Below, in pieces: positions 54,453-63,237 of a stretch of 64,000 bases of DNA (positions within the stretch are counted from its first letter, which is position 1; every line of letters starts with the position of its first letter). The translations under genes and the position numbers were made by a program. Source of the DNA: Janthinobacterium lividum (GTDB taxonomy: Bacteria > Armatimonadota > Armatimonadia > Armatimonadales > Capsulimonadaceae); contig JBPBQB010000288.1 of the NCBI GenBank assembly GCA_050954545.1, positions 1,291 through 65,290 on the forward strand, in the 5' to 3' direction. The notes under the pieces were generated by a model, which ran no database searches, was not told the DNA's origin, and saw only the letters and a list, made by a program, of their open reading frames with translations.

Positions 54453-55073
54453 ATGGCATCATTGCCCAAAACTCGCTATACACCGGAGCAATATCTGGAA
54501 ATCGACCGCAAGGCTGAACACCGCAGTGAATATGTCAATGGCGAGATTCGGGCGATGGCCGGGGCAAGCCGGGAACATAACCTGATTGTCACAAATCTTG
54601 TACGAGAGCTGAGCCTTCGTTTGCGCGGTCAGCCGTGCGAGACATACTCTAATGATATGCGCGTCACCATCAGCCTAGTTCGTTATGCTTATCCTGATGT
54701 GGTTATTGCCTGCAATCATCCACAGTTCATAGACGGTCAACTGGACACTCTAACCAATCCTAGCGTCATAATAGAAGTGTTATCATCGACAACTCAAAAT
54801 GACGACCGAAGCTGGAAATTTGCACATTACCGGCGTCTGGCAACGCTTACCGATTACGTGATGCTTTCTCAATACCAGCCGTTTGCAGAACATTACGCGC
54901 GGCAAAGCGATAACCAGTGGGTTTTAACAGAGCTGAGTGGCCTGGAGGCCGTTTTGCTTCTGCCTTCTCTTGGCTGTGAGCTATCACTGGCTGATATTTA
55001 CGAGCGCATCGAGTTCACGCCTGACCCGGACATGCCTGCACTGGAACTGTGGAAAAACGAACCCCAGGGTTAA
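54453..55073 (+). CDS. Uma2-family (DUF820) endonuclease
   Basis: YTPEQYLEIDRKAEHRSEYVNGEIRAMAGASREHNLIVTNL is the Uma2 N-terminal signature. Confidence 0.8.
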   Translation: MASLPKTRYTPEQYLEIDRKAEHRSEYVNGEIRAMAGASREHNLIVTNLVRELSLRLRGQPCETYSNDMRVTISLVRYAYPDVVIACNHPQFIDGQLDTLTNPSVIIEVLSSTTQNDDRSWKFAHYRRLATLTDYVMLSQYQPFAEHYARQSDNQWVLTELSGLEAVLLLPSLGCELSLADIYERIEFTPDPDMPALELWKNEPQG

Positions 55074-55084
55074 GACAGAAAACT

Positions 55085-55348
55085 ATGACGACAATCACAC
55101 TCACACCCGACCTAGAAGAAGCCATCTCAGCACAGGCACGTAAGCAAGCGACGACACCCGAGCAGGTCGTCTTGGAAATACTTCGCGAGAAATTCCTGCC
55201 GCTGCTGGAACAGATAAACGAAACAGACACGCTGAGTGACTGGGAGCGGCAGATGCAGGACGCAGCAATCGCGGTCGAAGAAGCACTGGCGCAGAACTGT
55301 GCGGTGCTAAAGGGAAAAAATAATGACGACAATCACATTGACACCTGA
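55085..55348 (+). CDS. small antitoxin-like protein, copy 1 of a tandem pair
   Basis: MTTITLTPDLEEAISAQARKQATTPEQVVLEIL. Its 3' end reads through the duplicated start region of copy 2. Confidence 0.45.
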   Translation: MTTITLTPDLEEAISAQARKQATTPEQVVLEILREKFLPLLEQINETDTLSDWERQMQDAAIAVEEALAQNCAVLKGKNNDDNHIDT

Positions 55349-55604
55349 ACTGGAAGCAGTTCTTAATCAGAGGGCCGCGACCCAAGGAATAACGCCTGAG
55401 CGGCTGGCGCTTGATGGCTTGCGACAGCTTTACATGACACCGCCGGTGAATGAAAAAAGACCCGAGGAAGAAAGCAGCGAGACTCTATTTGACTTCCTGA
55501 ATGGATATGTCGGAACTATTGCGGGAAGCACGGAAGCCTTTTCAGAGAACGGCGGTGAGAGGTTTGCACAGGGGCTTGCCGAGAAGCACGAGCTTCAGAA
55601 ATGA
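55323..55604 (+). CDS. VapB-type antitoxin candidate, copy 2
   Basis: MTTITLTPELEAVLNQRAATQGITPERLALDGL. ATGA overlap with the vapC start. Confidence 0.55.
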   Translation: MTTITLTPELEAVLNQRAATQGITPERLALDGLRQLYMTPPVNEKRPEEESSETLFDFLNGYVGTIAGSTEAFSENGGERFAQGLAEKHELQK

Positions 55605-56014
55605 TGACCCTTACGGACGCTGGGCCGATGGTTGCCCTGATCAACAGAAACGACCCAAACCATAGTCGCTGCATTGATATTTCGACGCGCTTGCCGAAGG
55701 ACCCGATGCTTTCGACATGGCCTTGCTATACCGAGGCAATGTACCTTTGCTACAAAGCAGGTGGACACCCGGCACAAGCAGCCCTCTGGGCATTACGCAC
55801 TCTGGGTCGCCTAATTCTGCGTGATCTTGCCCCGCAAGAAGCAGATCGCATGATCGTCTTGATGGAAAAGTATCGAGACACGCCGATGGACTTAGCGGAT
55901 GCCTCTTTGATCGTCACTGCTGAAAGTTTATCTCTAAGCCGGGTCTTCACTGTGGATTCTGACTTTTACGTCTACCGTCTTGCCGATGGATCTGCCCTGG
56001 AGGTGATTCGCTGA
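55601..56014 (+). CDS. vapC: PIN-domain toxin VapC
   Basis: LTDAGPMVALINRNDPNH ... PMDLADASLIVTAE ... VFTVDSDF acidic PIN residues. Confidence 0.8.
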   Translation: MMTLTDAGPMVALINRNDPNHSRCIDISTRLPKDPMLSTWPCYTEAMYLCYKAGGHPAQAALWALRTLGRLILRDLAPQEADRMIVLMEKYRDTPMDLADASLIVTAESLSLSRVFTVDSDFYVYRLADGSALEVIR

Positions 56015-56691
56015 TGCCCGAAATCACAGCGTTAGAACCGCAGCGCCGCCCAGGGCGGCTAAATATTTTTGTGGACGGTCAGTTTGTGATTGGGGTGGGG
56101 GAGGCTGTTGCCGCCGATCTTAATCTAAGAGTCGGACGTGAGATCACGGCGGAGAAGCTGACTGAGATTGCAGGGGCAGAAGAAGTGCAGAAAGCGATGG
56201 ACTCTGCGCTGGTGCTTCTGGAAGTCCGGGCGCGGGCAAAACGCGAGATTGAAACGCGGCTGACCCAAAAAGGGTATGAAGAAGATGTCATCGCTCTGGT
56301 CACGGCAAAGCTGATTAAGCTGGGACTGCTGGACGATGCTCAGTTTGCTGCCCAGTGGGTGGAAGCGAAGACCCGTGTCGGCGGCAGTCGGCCAGTGGGC
56401 AGGCGGCGTTTATCTTCCGAATTGTACGCAAAAGGCGTCGCCAAAGACCAGATCGCGGAGGCCGTAGACGTTGTCACAAACGACGCTGAGCTGATACTGG
56501 CCCGTGCCGCTGCGTCAAAAAAAGTCCGGGTCGTACCGACCGACCGGGATTTATTGCAGGCAGAGCGCCGCAAGCTGATGGGTTTTTTGCAGCGACGTGG
56601 CTTCGGCTGGGAAACAGTCAAACAAGTCACCCGTGAGAGTCTCCCGACCCCAAGCGAGGCTGACGATGATGATTTTGAACTTGATGAATAA
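56014..56691 (+). CDS. recX: recombination regulator RecX
   Basis: ITALEPQRRPGRLNIFVDGQFVIGV N-terminus and three-repeat helical body. ATG shares one nt with the vapC stop (TGATG). Confidence 0.8.
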   Translation: MPEITALEPQRRPGRLNIFVDGQFVIGVGEAVAADLNLRVGREITAEKLTEIAGAEEVQKAMDSALVLLEVRARAKREIETRLTQKGYEEDVIALVTAKLIKLGLLDDAQFAAQWVEAKTRVGGSRPVGRRRLSSELYAKGVAKDQIAEAVDVVTNDAELILARAAASKKVRVVPTDRDLLQAERRKLMGFLQRRGFGWETVKQVTRESLPTPSEADDDDFELDE

Positions 56692-56872
56692 CAAAGTCGT
56701 CAAGATTACAAAAGCCATGCAGGATAATCGAAAAGGAATGCCGAATTAATTAACCCTAGTTCGCCAGTAACTTGACGGGAAACGTAGCTGGACTTTTTAT
56801 GCTTTTTGTCTTCAGCCACGGAAACCCGTCCGCTCAACCTCAAACAAGATAACATTTGGGGGTGAGGGAACG

Positions 56873-58405
56873 ATGACCATACTTTTCGGGATTCTGGCTG
56901 CTGCGGCACTGCTCGCATTGGTTGGGACCCTGCTATTTTATTCGAAACCACAGCGCGAAAGCCTGAATAGACAAATCACTGAACTTGACGCCGAACGGGG
57001 TAAACTCAACGCGCAGGCCGAAGCCCGGCAAAAAGAACTGCTGATTGAGGCCCGTGAAGAAGCGCTTCGGCTCCGAGCCGAAGTGGAAGCCGATAACAAA
57101 GATAAACGCGCTGAACTGCAGCGGGTTGAGCGAAAACTGGCACAAAAAGAAGAAATCCTGGAAGATAAACTTTCCAGCATAGACGGACAGCGCGAAACAC
57201 TGGCCCTGCAGGAACGGGCTGCACAGCAGCATATGCAGGAATCTTGGGATCTTAAGGAGCAGCAGCGAGCGGAACTAGCTCGAATCGCCGGGCTGAATGC
57301 CGACGAAGCTCGGCTTATTCTGATGAAGGATGTCGAGAATCAGGCTCGCCATGATCTGGCAAAGCTGGTCATGCAGATCGAGAACGAAGCCCGAGCCGAA
57401 GGGGAAAAACGGGCACGCAGCATTGTCGCGACCGCTATCCAGCGGATTGCTGCGGACCATGTCTCGGAAACGACTGTCTCTGTCGTACAACTGCCGTCGG
57501 AAGACGTCAAAGGACGGATTATCGGGCGCGAAGGCCGAAATATCCGCGCCTTCGAGACGTTGACCGGTGTCGATGTCATTATTGACGACACGCCGGAAGC
57601 TGTTGTGCTGTCGTCGTTTGACCCGGTACGGCGCGAAGTGGCTAGGCTTGCCCTGACAGCGCTGATTATGGATGGACGGATCCATCCTGGGCGGATCGAA
57701 GAAACCGTCGCCAAGGCTCAGGAAGAAGTCGAACAGAGCCTGCGTCTGGCCGGGGAGCGTGCAGTCATGGAGTCGGGCGTGACCGGGCTGCATCCCGAGA
57801 TCGTTAAGCTGCTCGGACGAATGCGCTACCGGACTTCCTATGGGCAGAACCTGCTGGACCATTCGATAGAAGTCTGCCACATCGGCTCAAGCATTGCCGC
57901 CGAGCTGGGTGCTAACGTGACTATCGCGAAACGGGCGTCATTGCTGCATGATTTGGGTAAAGTCGTACCGGACTCGGAAATACCGCATGCCCTGCTGTCT
58001 CAGGAGCTGATGCTGCGCTACGGGGAAAGCCCTGCCGCCGCCCATGCTGCCGGAGCGCACCATGAAGAGATCGCGATGGATACAGTCGAAGATGTCATCG
58101 TGCAGCTTGCCGATGCCATTTCCGCCGCCCGGCCCGGTGCCCGCCGCGAGATGCTGGAAAGCTATGTCAAGCGTCTTCAAAAGCTGGAAGCATTGGCAGA
58201 CTCATTTCCCGGCGTCGAGAAGACCTACGCCGTGCAGGCGGGCCGCGAGATCCGCCTGATGGTTCGCCCTGAGATCATCGACGATGCCTCTGCCCACAAG
58301 CTCGCCTACGATGCGGCTAAGAAGATCGAAGAAGAGATGGACTATCCGGGCCAGATCAAAGTGACGGTCATTCGCGAGACCCGCGCAATCAACTACGCAA
58401 AATAA
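56873..58405 (+). CDS. rny: ribonuclease Y
   Basis: N-terminal TM, coiled coil, KH GRIIGREGRNIRAFE, HD LLHDLGK. Confidence 0.95.
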   Translation: MTILFGILAAAALLALVGTLLFYSKPQRESLNRQITELDAERGKLNAQAEARQKELLIEAREEALRLRAEVEADNKDKRAELQRVERKLAQKEEILEDKLSSIDGQRETLALQERAAQQHMQESWDLKEQQRAELARIAGLNADEARLILMKDVENQARHDLAKLVMQIENEARAEGEKRARSIVATAIQRIAADHVSETTVSVVQLPSEDVKGRIIGREGRNIRAFETLTGVDVIIDDTPEAVVLSSFDPVRREVARLALTALIMDGRIHPGRIEETVAKAQEEVEQSLRLAGERAVMESGVTGLHPEIVKLLGRMRYRTSYGQNLLDHSIEVCHIGSSIAAELGANVTIAKRASLLHDLGKVVPDSEIPHALLSQELMLRYGESPAAAHAAGAHHEEIAMDTVEDVIVQLADAISAARPGARREMLESYVKRLQKLEALADSFPGVEKTYAVQAGREIRLMVRPEIIDDASAHKLAYDAAKKIEEEMDYPGQIKVTVIRETRAINYAK

Positions 58406-58458
58406 CGTAATGGCTATACAACTCAGCAAGAGCATTTAGGAAAGAGCGATGGATTATC

Positions 58459-59247
58459 GTGCGAATATTGATGCTCGGCGATATTGTCGGGAAAATCGGT
58501 CGTGATGCCGTCCAGACAATCCTACCGACACTGAACGAAATGTACCTGCCGCACTTTGTCATTGTCAACGGCGAAAACTCGGCGGCAGGGCTCGGTATCA
58601 CGCCGGAGATCGCCCGGCGGTTCTTCGGATGCGGCATCGACGTCATCACCCTGGGAAACCATACGTGGAGCAAGCGCGACATCATTGAGTATCTGGACCA
58701 TGAGCCGCGCCTGCTGCGTCCCGCTAATTACCCGGCAGGGACACCCGGCGCGGGCTATGGGATCTTTCCCTGCCGCAGCGGCGGCAGTCGGATCGGAGTC
58801 GCGAATCTTATGGGGCGCACGTTTATGGACCCTTTGGACGATCCCTTCCGGCTTGCCGACACGATCCTGGAGTACTTTCGGGGGCAGGCAGCGGTTTCGT
58901 TTTTTGATTTCCATGCCGAAGCGACTTCGGAAAAAAATGCGTTCGGTTCTTATCTGGACGGCCGGGCCAGTGTCGTCGTTGGGACACACACGCATATTCA
59001 GACGGCTGACGAGCGCATTCTGCCGCGCGGCACGGCGTATATCACGGATGTCGGCATGGTCGGCCCGCAGAATTCCATTCTCGGCATGAACGCGCACGAA
59101 AGCGTGCAGCGATTTGTCACGCAGATGCCACACCGCTTCGAGGTTGCCGACGGGCCGGTTGTTTTATGCGGCATTGTGGCGGACATAGATGACAAAACAG
59201 GCCGCGCGTCCCGGATCGAGCGCATTCAAATGCGGGACATTCATTGA
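58459..59247 (+). CDS. ymdB: YmdB-family (TIGR00282) metallophosphoesterase
   Basis: MRILMLGDIVGKIGRDAV ... VNGENSAAGLGIT ... GNHTW. Conserved position after rny. Confidence 0.9.
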   Translation: MRILMLGDIVGKIGRDAVQTILPTLNEMYLPHFVIVNGENSAAGLGITPEIARRFFGCGIDVITLGNHTWSKRDIIEYLDHEPRLLRPANYPAGTPGAGYGIFPCRSGGSRIGVANLMGRTFMDPLDDPFRLADTILEYFRGQAAVSFFDFHAEATSEKNAFGSYLDGRASVVVGTHTHIQTADERILPRGTAYITDVGMVGPQNSILGMNAHESVQRFVTQMPHRFEVADGPVVLCGIVADIDDKTGRASRIERIQMRDIH

Positions 59248-59277
59248 TTTTTGTGATCGAGATTGTGAGACACTTAA

Positions 59278-60189
59278 ATGAAAAAAACTCTTCTGGCATC
59301 ACTGCTGTTTTTAGGATTATCCACTTTAGGATTTCCTGCCGCCCACGGTGCCGCAAACGCCGTGCCTGATGTTTCGCTTTATGATGGCAAGGCGCTTGCC
59401 CAGGACAATCTAGCTGCGGCTCCCTGGGGCGGTGGCACAGTCGAAGACAGCACGGACCTGTTTTTATTTGGCGGTCATTCACTGAAGATAATGACACTTG
59501 ATCTTTATCAGGGGGCAAAAATCAACTTCCTGACTCCTGTCGCGCTGCCGAATGACAGCCGCGTCTTTCAAGTCACCTTGCAGCGGGGCGGCGTCACGCT
59601 GCATTATGACCCGGCGACCGTCCCCAGCGCGGCTCAAACAAATCCCCAGAATCAGCAGGGAGGCGGCCAGGGTGGTGGAGGTCGCGGCGGGCGTGGAGGT
59701 CGCGGCGGTCGCGGCGGCGGTCAGTTTGGTGGTGCCGGTGCTGGGGGCCAGTTTGGCGGCGGTCAATTTGGAGGTCCTGGTGGCGGCCAGTTTGGCAATC
59801 GCGGGCGGGGTCGAGGCGGGGTCGCTGCGCCGCTGATACCCCTCATTACCAAGCTGCGTTTGGAGTTCACCCTTGCTGATGGACGTCAGGCAGACTACGT
59901 CCAAACAATCCCCGATACCGCAGATGCGATTGCCGGAGACGGATGGTATAGTGTCAATGTCCCGCTTTCGGCTCTGAAATTCGGAACCGGTTCAAATGCG
60001 ATGCTCAAAAGCGTGACAGTGGCAGGAGACCAGTTTGGTGTTTTCTTTATCGGAAGAATGCAGATCGCGACAGCCACAGCGCTACCAGCCAAGGCCGTTC
60101 CTGCAACGACAGACACTGCTGATCCCAACGAGGAAGATAATACTCAGCCGATGGGCGGAGGAACTTTCCCGCCCCAGCGTGAGAATTAA
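59278..60189 (+). CDS. exported protein with central RGG / GGQFGG low-complexity repeat
   Basis: Signal LLASLLFLGLSTLGFPAAHGA. GGGRGGRGGRGGRGGGQFGGAGAGGQFGGGQFGGPGGGQFGNRGRGRGG. Confidence 0.6.
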   Translation: MKKTLLASLLFLGLSTLGFPAAHGAANAVPDVSLYDGKALAQDNLAAAPWGGGTVEDSTDLFLFGGHSLKIMTLDLYQGAKINFLTPVALPNDSRVFQVTLQRGGVTLHYDPATVPSAAQTNPQNQQGGGQGGGGRGGRGGRGGRGGGQFGGAGAGGQFGGGQFGGPGGGQFGNRGRGRGGVAAPLIPLITKLRLEFTLADGRQADYVQTIPDTADAIAGDGWYSVNVPLSALKFGTGSNAMLKSVTVAGDQFGVFFIGRMQIATATALPAKAVPATTDTADPNEEDNTQPMGGGTFPPQREN

Positions 60190-60247
60190 GCCGGCGGCAA
60201 GCGGGAGGATGGCTTTGGTGCATGAATCAAAACCATGCCCCAGCAAG

Positions 60248-60393
60248 ACCATGCCATAAATGGCACGGCTAGACGGCGCGGACGCCAAGAAGTGCCGCTT
60301 CGCGGGACTCGGAACCGATTGATCTGCTCTTAACTCCGCGAAGCGGTGTTTTATGGCGTCTTCGCCGTGTAGCCGTGCCATTTATGACATGGT
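60248..60393. repeat. nested inverted repeat: outer 31-bp arms (2 mismatches) and inner 11-bp arms
   Basis: ACCATGCCATAAATGGCACGGCTAGACGGCG (60248-60278) versus 60363-60393. Inner CCGCTTCGCGG / CCGCGAAGCGG. Confidence 0.9.
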
Positions 60394-60402
60394 TCAGGAA
60401 TT

Positions 60403-61371
60403 ATGCTGAGGATTATTATTATGGCGCTCTCCGCAACGCCGCCCCAGGAAGACCTGCCTCTGCCGCGTCGCCGGGGGCCACTGAAAGCCCTGCTTGTTTC
60501 GCTGAGGCCTAAACAATGGATTAAAAATCTACTGCTGTTTGCCGGACTGCTTTTTACTCTGGACCAGCATCACTCTTTCGGGCAGTTCGAACGTGTCGGT
60601 CTGAGCTTTGTCCTATTTTCGGCCCTTTCCAGCGTCGTCTATCTGATTAACGATCTGGCAGACCGGGAGAGCGATAAGCGGCATCCCAAGAAACGGCGTC
60701 GTCCGATTGCCTCGGGTGAGCTTTCTCCGGCGCTTGCGCTGACTGCCGCTGCCGTACTGGGAGTTGTTGGTCTTACCGGGTCGTTTATGCTCGGCGCTCG
60801 TTTTGGTGCGATTGCTCTGCTCTACTTCGTGCTGACACTTGGCTACACGTTCCGCTTCAAGCATGTGGTCATTCTGGACGTTCTGGTGCTGGCCGCAGGA
60901 TTTGTCTTCCGTGCCATAGCCGGAGCCGTAGTGATCCAGGTCGGCATCTCTCCCTGGCTGATCTTATGTACGCTCATGCTGGCTTTGTTTCTCGGGTTGT
61001 CCAAGCGGCGTGCCGAGCTGATCTCCGTGCAGCTTTCCGGGACACCTGGCACCCGGCGCATTCTGGAAGAGTATTCGCCTGCCCTGCTGGACCAGATGAT
61101 CGTGATTGTCACGTCTGCATCGCTGATGTCGTATTCTTTGTATACCGTGAACTCTCCGACGGCGCAAACTCACCATTATCTGATGCTCACCATCCCTTTC
61201 GTCATCTACGGCATCTTCCGCTACCTGTATCTGATGCACCGGCACTCACTCGGCGAATCGCCGGACGCTGTTCTCGTGGAAGACCGTCCCATGCTCATCA
61301 ATGTTTTGCTGTGGGGCCTGACTACGGCGCTGATCGTCACCGATACGATTGATAAGATTATCCCGCATTAA
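60403..61371 (+). CDS. UbiA-family prenyltransferase (decaprenyl-phosphate phosphoribosyltransferase-like)
   Basis: LRPKQWIKNLLLFAGLLF and NDLADRESDKRHPKKRRRPIASGEL motifs. Confidence 0.8.
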   Translation: MLRIIIMALSATPPQEDLPLPRRRGPLKALLVSLRPKQWIKNLLLFAGLLFTLDQHHSFGQFERVGLSFVLFSALSSVVYLINDLADRESDKRHPKKRRRPIASGELSPALALTAAAVLGVVGLTGSFMLGARFGAIALLYFVLTLGYTFRFKHVVILDVLVLAAGFVFRAIAGAVVIQVGISPWLILCTLMLALFLGLSKRRAELISVQLSGTPGTRRILEEYSPALLDQMIVIVTSASLMSYSLYTVNSPTAQTHHYLMLTIPFVIYGIFRYLYLMHRHSLGESPDAVLVEDRPMLINVLLWGLTTALIVTDTIDKIIPH

Positions 61372-61455
61372 TCTCCCTGTCTCCTCGCGCAAAACAAGGT
61401 ACAATAATTCTCAAGTCTCCGTGACTTTGCAGCGATTGCTCCCGAAAGGCACTTT

Positions 61456-62559
61456 ATGAAAGTCGGTCTCATCGGCTTGCCCCAATCGGGCAAGACCACA
61501 CTCTTTAACGCTCTCACACGCGGCGACTCAAGCCCGGCAGGGGGAGGCAGCGCCGCGATGGTCAGTGTCGTGCCCGTCCCCGACCCGCGCTATGATTTCG
61601 CGATCAATCTGTTCCATCCCAAGAAGCGCACTCAGGCCACGATTGAGTTCACGGACGGTGCCGCCCAGCTTTCGGGTGAAGGTGGCAAGACCGCCCAGAA
61701 GTTCGGCTCCGACTTCTTTGTCGGCATCCGTTCCGTGGATGCCCTCGTGCTGGTTGTCCGCGCCTTCGAGACTCCGTCCCTGCCTGCGCCCGCCGGTGGG
61801 CTAAATCCGCTCAAAGACTATCAAGCCATCACCGAAGAGCTCCTGCTGGGTGATCTGACCGTGATCGAAACCCGTCTGGAGCGCATCGATAAGCAGCTCA
61901 AGACACGCAAGCAGGGAGTGCCCAGCCCGGAAGTCACCGAGCGCGAGATTTTGCTGAAGATCAAAGCAACGCTGGACAAATTCAAACCCGTCTCCAGCAT
62001 TGATCTCGACGAAGACGAAAAACGCATCACCCGAAACTTCGACTTTTTGACCGGCAAGCCCTTAATCGCCGTCGCCAATGTCGGCGAAGGAGATTTGGCC
62101 TCGGGGATTGACCTGCCGCTGCTGGCGACGCTAAAAGCTCAATGTGCGTTAGAAGGAATCGAGCTGATTACCCTCTGCGCTTCTGCCGAAGAGGAAGTCG
62201 CCCAGCTTGAAGAAGCCGACCAGAAAGAGTTTCTGGATGCCCTCGGGATCGAAGAGCCTGCCGGCAACCGCCTCATTCGGGCTTCGTATCAAGCCCTCGG
62301 CGTCATGTCCTTCTTCACCGTCGGCGAAGATGAAGTTCGGGCCTGGACTGTTCCCCTCGGCGCGAATGCCCTGACCGCCGCAGGCCGCATCCATTCCGAC
62401 CTCGCCCGAGGCTTCATCCGTGCCGAAGTGCTGGCTTTCGACGACCTCATCGCAGCCGGAACCGAAGCTGCCGCCAAAGCTGGAGGCAAGTTTCGCCTCG
62501 AAGGCAAAGAATACCCCGTCAAAGACGGCGATATTCTCAACATTCGGTTTAAAGTGTAG
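61456..62559 (+). CDS. ychF: YchF/OLA1-type ribosome-binding ATPase
   Basis: P-loop GLPQSGKTTLFNALT. C-terminal TGS-like EGKEYPVKDGDILNIRF. Confidence 0.75.
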   Translation: MKVGLIGLPQSGKTTLFNALTRGDSSPAGGGSAAMVSVVPVPDPRYDFAINLFHPKKRTQATIEFTDGAAQLSGEGGKTAQKFGSDFFVGIRSVDALVLVVRAFETPSLPAPAGGLNPLKDYQAITEELLLGDLTVIETRLERIDKQLKTRKQGVPSPEVTEREILLKIKATLDKFKPVSSIDLDEDEKRITRNFDFLTGKPLIAVANVGEGDLASGIDLPLLATLKAQCALEGIELITLCASAEEEVAQLEEADQKEFLDALGIEEPAGNRLIRASYQALGVMSFFTVGEDEVRAWTVPLGANALTAAGRIHSDLARGFIRAEVLAFDDLIAAGTEAAAKAGGKFRLEGKEYPVKDGDILNIRFKV

Positions 62560-62593
62560 CAAAGTAGAATGCTGCGGAGATCGGAAAAGTCAG

Positions 62594-63106
62594 ATGCAAA
62601 CTCGTTTCGCCGTACTGATTATATTTGCGGGTATGCTCGGCATGGTTCCCACTTCCCTTGCAGACCCTGGTACTCTGGCACCCCGAGCGGCAATCCAGGC
62701 CAACTACGACTGCATCTATTCCGCTGCTCGGCACAAAGACTTGAGTCGAGCTGTTCGCTACTTTTCCGCAGATTTCAGAGGCGAAGATAGAATTAACACT
62801 CCGGCTAATAAAACGCCCATGATGGATCTCGCACAATTTCGGCAGTTGGCCGCTGACTACTCGCAGTCAGCACAGTTTATCACAGGCCATGCCGTTATCC
62901 AGCGGCTTGTCTTGAATGGAAACGAAGCGACCGCAACTATCGTACATCATGTTATTGTCCTCGGTACTCCAGACCCCAGAACCGGCAAGTGCCTTCATTG
63001 TGTGTTCGATGCGACCACTCAGGATACATGGAAACAGGAACCTGAAGGATGGACTATGCAGCAGGGGCGCGGCATCTCTCTGAAAGTGCAGCGACACGAT
63101 AGTTAG
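62594..63106 (+). CDS. hypothetical exported protein
   Basis: ATG 62594. MQTRFAVLIIFAGMLGMVPTSLA signal peptide. 170 aa. Confidence 0.5.
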   Translation: MQTRFAVLIIFAGMLGMVPTSLADPGTLAPRAAIQANYDCIYSAARHKDLSRAVRYFSADFRGEDRINTPANKTPMMDLAQFRQLAADYSQSAQFITGHAVIQRLVLNGNEATATIVHHVIVLGTPDPRTGKCLHCVFDATTQDTWKQEPEGWTMQQGRGISLKVQRHDS

Positions 63107-63237
63107 GTTCATCCTTTGGACAAAAGAAAAGCCAGCGCAGTCTATCTTTCGTCCGAACGACGGCTTTTTTCAGCAGATACGCAGTAATGCCGCAGGCATA
63201 GAGAAGTTTACTTCCTCGCTTTCCCTCAACAATTCTG

